64,000 bases of DNA, taken from positions 5,332,001 through 5,396,000 of the forward strand of contig CAKKNE010000002.1 in the NCBI GenBank assembly GCA_918797485.1, in the 5' to 3' direction. The notes below the pieces were generated by a model that was given only the letters and a program-made list of their open reading frames with translations, was not told the DNA's origin and searched no databases. The DNA is from Pelagomonas calceolata (Eukaryota). This document shows positions 57,922 to 64,000 of the stretch, piece by piece. The position numbers were made by a program, and so were the translations under genes. Numbering within the stretch: the stretch's first letter is position 1; every line of letters begins with the position of its first letter.

Positions 57922-59000
57922 CGCCGGCCGCGGCGCGCCGAAGCGCTGCGGCGGCAAGCTGCTGCGCGCGATCCGGGAGGTGTTGTGCGGCGCGCAAATC
58001 AACCAATCGTCGCGGCGATGGCGTGCTGGTGGCGGATTCGAGAGGTGGTGAGAGTCAGCGCGGTGATACGAGACGCGCGCAGGCGCTGCCCGCGCTCAAG
58101 AGCACCTTCGAGGCCGCGCGCACGGAGTCGCCTTCAAGAACCGAAAACAAACCGCGCTACCTGCGCTGCAACCTGTTGACGACGACACGAAAAGAAGTGA
58201 GGGAGAAGCTCGCGGCCGAGGGCGTCGCCGCGGAGGACGACGTGCATGTCGACGACCTCCTCGTCACGACCGCCAAGGTCCACGGCGGCCACGCCCTGGT
58301 CAAGGCCGGCGAGGTCATCCTGCAGGACAAGTCGAGCTGCTTCCCCGCGCACGCGCTCTTAGACGGCCTGCCGCCGGACTGGCGTGGCGATGTTGTGGAT
58401 GCGTGCGCCGCGCCGGGCAACAAGTCGACGCACGCCGCGGCATTACTACGGGGCCGCGGCAAGGTGTTGGCCGTCGACCGCGACGCGGCGCGGCTGAAGA
58501 TCCTCGAGGAGCGCGTGCGCGAGGCGAAGGCCGATAATGTGGTCCAAGCGGTCCGGGGCGACTTTTTAAAGTTGCGCCACGGCGGCGCGCGGGCGATCCT
58601 CGTGGACCCGTCGTGCTCGGGCGGGTTCGAGGGCGAGGCGGCGTCGGACGAGCGCGTGGCGCGGCTCGCCGAGTTCCAGAGCAAAGCATTACGAGCTGCG
58701 CTGATGCGGTTCCCGCGCGCCGAGCGCGTGTCCTACTCGACGTGCTCGCTGCGCGCCGAAGAGGACGAGGCCGTCGTGGCCGGCGCGCTCGCGGACGCGG
58801 ACATAAGGAAGGGCGGCTGGCGCCTCGCGCCGGCGCTGCCGGCGTGGCCGCGGCGCGGCCGGCCCCACGCGGGCCTGGATCGGGCGCAGAGCGACTGCCT
58901 CGCGCGCGCCGATCCATCAAAGGACGCGACGGGCGCGTTCTTCGTCGCGCTCTTCGAGCGGTCCGCCGGTGCGGCGCGGAAGCGGCGGCGGCGGGGGTAA
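57692..59000 (+). CDS. NSUN5: NSUN5/Rcm1-like LSU rRNA cytosine-C5 methyltransferase; exons 57692-57979 and 58083-59000
   Basis: PRYLRCNLL, ILQDKSSCFPA, DACAAPGNKSTH, ILVDPSCSG, YSTCS..EEDE.VV, FFVALFER. Phase-0 GT-AG intron 57980-58082. Confidence 0.88.
57980..58082 (+). mobile_element. Degenerate introner-like intron in NSUN5
   Basis: Eight nt after the GT donor lies CGGCGCGCAAATCAACCA, resembling the TIR CTGTGYGGAAATCAACCA. Ends GCGCGCAG|GC. Confidence 0.6.
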
Positions 59001-59396
59001 TGTGCTTGTGTTGTAGCCTTCGTTCCGGGCCGCGGCGGCGGCGTAGAGCGAAATAAAACCCGCGCTAGTATGTTACTGACGCTAGTTACAAAATTGAGCG
59101 CGAGTCGAAAAAGAGGACAGCGCAGCGCTCGGCGAGGCGCGAGCTGCAAGCGAGAAGCACAGGCAAGTCCCAGCGTCGAAGCCACGGAATCCTGCGCCGC
59201 AAGCGCCGCAGCGCGCGAGGCGGAGACAGCGAAGATAAAAAAGAGAGGCCCAAAACTCGCCTTTCACCTACAGCCCGCCGCGCCGCGCCGCGCGCACCAC
59301 GAGAGAACCCCAAGAACGCCACGCAACCCATCACGCCCGAAACGCCGTAGGTCATCGAGCAAGGAAAGCCGGCGGGCGTCGACGCTTTCAGCAACC

Positions 59397-60032
59397 ATGG
59401 AGATGCCCGAGTTTAAGTTGATCCTCGTCGGCGACGGCGGCGTCGGCAAGACGACCTTCGTCAAAAGACATCTCACTGGAGAATTTGAAAAGAAGTACGT
59501 GGCCACGCTGGGCGTGGAAGTTCACCCTTTGGTCTTTCACACGAACCGCGGCCCCATCAAATTCAATGTCTGGGACACGGCGGGCCAGGAGCGCTTCGGC
59601 GGTCTTCGGGACGGCTACTACATCCAGGGGCAATGTGCTATTGTGATGTTCGACGTCACGTCGCGCATCACCTACAAGAACGTGCCGAACTGGCACCGCG
59701 ACCTGACGCGCGTCTGCGAGAACATTCCTATTGTTTTGACGGGCAACAAAGTAGAAATCAAAGACCGCAAGGTCAAGGCCAAGCAGATCACGTTCCACCG
59801 CAAAAAAAATCTCCAGTACTACGACATCAGTGCCAAGTCGAACTATAACTTCGAGAAGCCCTTCCTCTGGCTCGCGCGCAAATTGTGCGGCGACAACAAC
59901 CTCCACTTCGTCGAGGCGCCGGCCCTCGCGCCGCCCGAGTTCAACATCGACGCCGCGGACGCGGCGCGCTATGAAGCTGAATTGCGCGAAGCCGCCAACA
60001 TCCCGCTGCCGGAAGACGACGACGACCTATAG
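59397..60032 (+). CDS. RAN: Ran GTPase
   Basis: [53 protein letters not shown] and the acidic EDDDDL tail. Confidence 0.97.
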   Translation: MEMPEFKLILVGDGGVGKTTFVKRHLTGEFEKKYVATLGVEVHPLVFHTNRGPIKFNVWDTAGQERFGGLRDGYYIQGQCAIVMFDVTSRITYKNVPNWHRDLTRVCENIPIVLTGNKVEIKDRKVKAKQITFHRKKNLQYYDISAKSNYNFEKPFLWLARKLCGDNNLHFVEAPALAPPEFNIDAADAARYEAELREAANIPLPEDDDDL

Positions 60033-60632
60033 AGGGACGTGTCGCGGGTCTAAGGTGCTTCTTCGTTGCTCTTTCTTTGGGGGGGTGCTGCCGTCGCGCG
60101 TCGCAGCACTGTCGCCGTGGGTCGCGGCGACGGCGTAGGGGCGGCGTCGATGGCGTCGGGGTGCTAGGACTAGTGGGCGGAGCCCCTGGGCTGGGGTTGG
60201 AGACACCGCGCGTCGCCGATTCAGCGGCGGCGGGCGCGTGCCGCGTTTTTCATAATAGCATACCTCCTTCTAAGCAGAACCGCCTCGGCAAACCCCTCCG
60301 AACAATGTGCAAGGGGGGGCACGTCTGGGCGCGGCCGCGGGCTCCGAGGGAGGCCCGGCGCCGCGCGCGACCTACGCCGTACCCCGGGGTAGCGGCGACG
60401 CGTGGGGGGCTCCGCCCACTATTCTCGGGATACGCCCGGGCGCCGCGCTTGCTTGCGGCTCGCCGCCGCCTCGCGATTAACGAGGGAGAGGCAGTGCCGC
60501 CGCGCGGGCCGTACATACGCTAGAATCAACGCCGATGGCCCCGGGCAGCCCCCCCAGGCCTTTGGTGTAAGCGCCGAGGCAGCCCCGGCGCGAGGGGCCC
60601 GCCCCCCGCCCCCAGAGCAACCACAAGCAACC

Positions 60633-63600
60633 ATGACGGAGGGAGGCGAACCCATGATCGGCTTTTTGCGGGGCGACGAGCTCCAGAATTTATTTGGCAA
60701 GGTGCCCAAGGGCCAGAAGACGGAGAAGCACGACGCCGAGCAGAGACGCAAACTATTGGCGAGGAAGGCGAAGAAAAAGACCATGCCGCCCAAACCCAAG
60801 TACCGGGTCCTTGAGCGGTTAGAGACCCAGCTCAAGCGCGAGGGCGTCATCCAGGAGCGCGCCGAGCGGCGAGGGAGGAGTCTGTACGCGCAACTCGAGC
60901 TCGAACAGCGCCGCATCAAGCAGCAGCAAAAGGCGGACGCGCGGGCACCCTTGGAGCGCCACAAGGCCGCGCGCATGCGGGAGCTCGGTCCTGATCATCA
61001 TTTACTGGAATTGCGGGAGATTTCACAAACACTGAATTTGGATCTGGAAAGATGTCGGGAACTGGAGGACGCGACGAAAGCCACCGTGGCCTTCTCGACG
61101 CAGCACGACGCCTTGTGTCGCGACGTCGCGAAACGGGCCTCCCGAAAAGGTGTGAAAGACCATGATCTGTACGACGTCGACGACATCGAAAGGGACGAGG
61201 CGGCCGCGATTCTGGAGGAGAGCACCGCGGCCCTGGTGTTCGACCACCGCTGCGCGCTCGAGGACGATGGTTTGGATCCGGACGAGATTGACCGGCGCTG
61301 CGTCGAGTTTCGAGCGCAACTCGACGACGAGTCCCTCGCAGACGTCGATCAGGCCCGCAAGGTTCGGGGCAAAAAAGAGGCGTGGAAAAGGGACAACGTG
61401 CGCCGCGTCGAGGCCCTGTGGCGGCGCAAGGCCTGGGCCCGCGCGCTGCCGCGCCACAAGCTCGCCGACGCGCCGTACCTGGCGAAAGCCGCGGCCCGCC
61501 GACCGTCTGTGGGAGACGGCGCGCAGGACCTCACGGCGCCGGCGCATCGCCGAGAGCAGCGACGGAAGAAGACGCAGAAGCTCATGTCGCGGACGGCGCC
61601 GTCGAACCCGGCGGAACGAGCGGCGCAGCTGCGGCAGGAATTAGAAAAATGTGATAGATTCATGCGCGCCACGGACGCGGTCGTACGACGCACGCAGGAG
61701 CGGACGCTGGCGATCTCCACTCGATTGGTGGCCGCGGACCACGCCACAGCCTTCGCTGTTCCAATAGCCGAGCCCCTGCCCAAGGACGCCGTGAGAAGAA
61801 GGGAAGGCGCCGTGGACGAGGAGGTCGCGCCCGAGTTACGACGAAGATGCGCCGAGTGGGGCGCGCGGCGGCTGGCTCGAGTGTTCCGCGCGGGCGCGTT
61901 TAGATTGCAGCTCAAGGGCCTCACGGTGTGGTCCTGCCACGCGCAATATCAACGTAATTTGGTTGAGGCGAATCTGTTTACGCGGCTGGCGGCGGGTAGA
62001 AGGTTGTGTCGGGTCACTTCGGCAGCGAAAGTGCGAATGAAGAAATTTGACGCCGTCGAGATCTGGCGCAACGTGGCGCTGGGTTGCCGGGACGTGGTTA
62101 GAAATGTCGCGGCCGTCGAGATCGAGAGGTACGCTCGTTCATATAGAGCGCGGCGGCTGACGGAGTGGCGACGCCGTCGAAGGGCCGCGACACTCATCCA
62201 GACGCGGCAGCGGCAGATCCCGGCTAGGATTGAGCTAGCGAAACGCGTCGAAGCGAAACGACGTAGATTGGCGGCGACGTTGATCCAGAAAGTAAGGAGG
62301 GACGTCGTCGCGTGCCGGAAAGCTCGGAAGATCCTGAATAGGAGACGGCGCTACGTTCGGGCGAGAACCATACAACGCCGCGTCCGGGCGAACCAAGCCC
62401 GGAGGCGCGTCGCCCGCGCGAGACGGCGACGACGGCGGAACCTGGCTGCGCTCGCGATCCAGTGCCTCCAACGCGGCGGGCGGATCCGAGTGCGAGCGGA
62501 TCGCCTGCGACGGCGACGGCGACGTAGGAAGGCCGCCGTCGTGCTCCAAACGAGAGGTCGAGGGTATTTGGTGAGACTGCGCATCAAGGGCACGAAGGCG
62601 GAGCACTCGGCCGCCGAGCGCGTCCAGCACGTGATCCGGCGCTTCCTGAAGGCGTGCAAGGCCTGGCACGAGGCGAACGCGCGAGCTACTAGAGTTTTGG
62701 AGAACTGCATGAGGATCGTGATCGCTCGGAGGAGGATGGCTAAAAGAGCGGAAGCGCGGCGCGTCGAGGCGCGACTCCGAGCTTTGTGCGGCAAGGGCAA
62801 GGACCCGCAAACGACGTCGGCGTCATTCTTACAGTTGTGGTACCGGCGATTAGTTACGAGATGGCAGCGGGAGGGTAGTGCTTTTACCATCCAATGTCAA
62901 GCTCGGGCGTACATCGCGCGAAGGGCGATGAGCAACCTGCTGAAGAGGAGGAAGGCGGGCGCCGCGCTCATAAACAGATGGTTCCGCGGCGAGCTCGCGC
63001 GCCTCAACTGCGCGGCGCAGATGTGGCAGCTCGAGCTCCAGAAGGCGGCGCGGAGAATACAAAAGCCGTGGCGCGGCGCGCTAGCACGCAGACGCTGGCT
63101 CGCCCTCACCCAAGACAAAGAAGCTCTACAGGAGGCCGCGGAACGGATCAAGGAGGACGAGGCCTGGTACGCCGACCCGGCGAACCAGCAGTACACACAA
63201 GAGGGCTCGCAGAGTTATTATGATGAGTCGACCGGCGAATGGGTGACGTATGATCAAGGTGACCAGACGAGCTGGGAGCAGTACCCTCCCCCCATTGTGT
63301 TCGAGAACTACTGGGAGGCGCGGGACCACTACATGAAGCAGCAGGAGGAGCTTGTGGGTAGTGCTGTTAGGGTGCTGCAGCGGTTCGGCGTGTTTTGGAC
63401 GTGGCGGCTGAACCGCTACAATGCGATATGTGTCATCCAGAAACTCTATAGGACGCAAATCGAAAATATAAGGCTACGGGCGATGCAGGAGGCCGTGCGG
63501 CTGGAGCAGCTGCGAGCGGCCGCCGCCGACAAGTTCGCGGCGCTGTGGAAGGGCCGGCAGTCGCGGAACTTCGTCGCGAATAAGCTGCGGGAGAAGCGGC

Positions 63601-64000
63601 GGGCCCTCGCATTTAGGAAAAAGCGGTTACTGGCTGCTCTACTCATCCAGGCTCGAGCTCGGGGCATGATCTGTCGCGAAGGGATTCGAAGACGTTTGAT
63701 GGAGGAGGCGTGGAAGCGGCAGCAGGGCATGGCTCAGGTGCGCGAGGACGCGTCGCTGGTCATCGAATGCGCGCAACGGTGCCGCATGGCGCGCTGGTGG
63801 ATGCGGAAGCGCCGTGCTGAAAGAATAGCGGAGGAGGAAGAACGCGAAAAAGATAGGTTGTTGGAATTGGCCCTCGATCGCCTGAAGAAGGAGCAGGAGA
63901 TCAACTTGTTGGCGATGCGCGTGCAGTGCCTGTGGCGGCGGCGCAAGGCGTCTCGTTCCCTCGAGGACCAGATGCGTCGCTTGGTGGAAGAAGAACGCGA
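60633..64000 (+). CDS. Large coiled-coil, multi-IQ-motif (calmodulin-binding) protein, 3' truncated by the window
   Basis: ATG at 60633; the frame was spot-checked as consistent to the window end and is absent from the ORF track, presumably for lack of a stop. Contains ATLIQTRQR, ATLIQKVRR, TIQCQARAYIARR, VIQKLYR, LIQARARGM and VQCLWRR. Confidence 0.75.
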   Translation, partial: MTEGGEPMIGFLRGDELQNLFGKVPKGQKTEKHDAEQRRKLLARKAKKKTMPPKPKYRVLERLETQLKREGVIQERAERRGRSLYAQLELEQRRIKQQQKADARAPLERHKAARMRELGPDHHLLELREISQTLNLDLERCRELEDATKATVAFSTQHDALCRDVAKRASRKGVKDHDLYDVDDIERDEAAAILEESTAALVFDHRCALEDDGLDPDEIDRRCVEFRAQLDDESLADVDQARKVRGKKEAWKRDNVRRVEALWRRKAWARALPRHKLADAPYLAKAAARRPSVGDGAQDLTAPAHRREQRRKKTQKLMSRTAPSNPAERAAQLRQELEKCDRFMRATDAVVRRTQERTLAISTRLVAADHATAFAVPIAEPLPKDAVRRREGAVDEEVAPELRRRCAEWGARRLARVFRAGAFRLQLKGLTVWSCHAQYQRNLVEANLFTRLAAGRRLCRVTSAAKVRMKKFDAVEIWRNVALGCRDVVRNVAAVEIERYARSYRARRLTEWRRRRRAATLIQTRQRQIPARIELAKRVEAKRRRLAATLIQKVRRDVVACRKARKILNRRRRYVRARTIQRRVRANQARRRVARARRRRRRNLAALAIQCLQRGGRIRVRADRLRRRRRRRKAAVVLQTRGRGYLVRLRIKGTKAEHSAAERVQHVIRRFLKACKAWHEANARATRVLENCMRIVIARRRMAKRAEARRVEARLRALCGKGKDPQTTSASFLQLWYRRLVTRWQREGSAFTIQCQARAYIARRAMSNLLKRRKAGAALINRWFRGELARLNCAAQMWQLELQKAARRIQKPWRGALARRRWLALTQDKEALQEAAERIKEDEAWYADPANQQYTQEGSQSYYDESTGEWVTYDQGDQTSWEQYPPPIVFENYWEARDHYMKQQEELVGSAVRVLQRFGVFWTWRLNRYNAICVIQKLYRTQIENIRLRAMQEAVRLEQLRAAAADKFAALWKGRQSRNFVANKLREKRRALAFRKKRLLAALLIQARARGMICREGIRRRLMEEAWKRQQGMAQVREDASLVIECAQRCRMARWWMRKRRAERIAEEEEREKDRLLELALDRLKKEQEINLLAMRVQCLWRRRKASRSLEDQMRRLVEEER

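Noticed and set aside
57980..58082. Frameshift/pseudogene call for NSUN5
   Set aside because: A phase-0 GT-AG intron joins the two ORFs cleanly.

Overview
GC-rich, gene-dense eukaryotic nuclear DNA, most likely a pelagophyte alga (Pelagomonas/Aureococcus-like). This is inferred from plastid-type leaders, introner-type introns and lineage-typical ankyrin and helical protein tails. It carries housekeeping genes (At1g16080-like plastid protein, mitochondrial carrier, LUC7, BIN4-like, PhyH dioxygenase, CCT2, NSUN5, Ran, an IQ-motif protein) and one giant gene (10302-53245). After removing 19 introns I reconstruct that gene as about 13,200 codons: IPT/TIG repeats, EVQ-type repeats, Cys-rich repeats, a multi-pass TM region and a coiled coil. 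Of the 22 spliceosomal introns, several are clear MITE-like introners (8-bp TSD plus TIR) and nearly all the rest belong to related repeat families. Top finding: a circularly permuted initiator tRNA-Met gene at 53778-53961 (+). Its 3' half lies upstream of its 5' half and it is cut by four BHB-like introns (3/4, 21/22, 29/30, 43/44). The six pieces reassemble into a 72-nt cloverleaf with four fully Watson-Crick stems. It sits in a ~1-kb inverted duplication whose second copy (57400-57576, -) is altered at the 3/4 intron. All coordinates and alignments were derived by eye, without tools.
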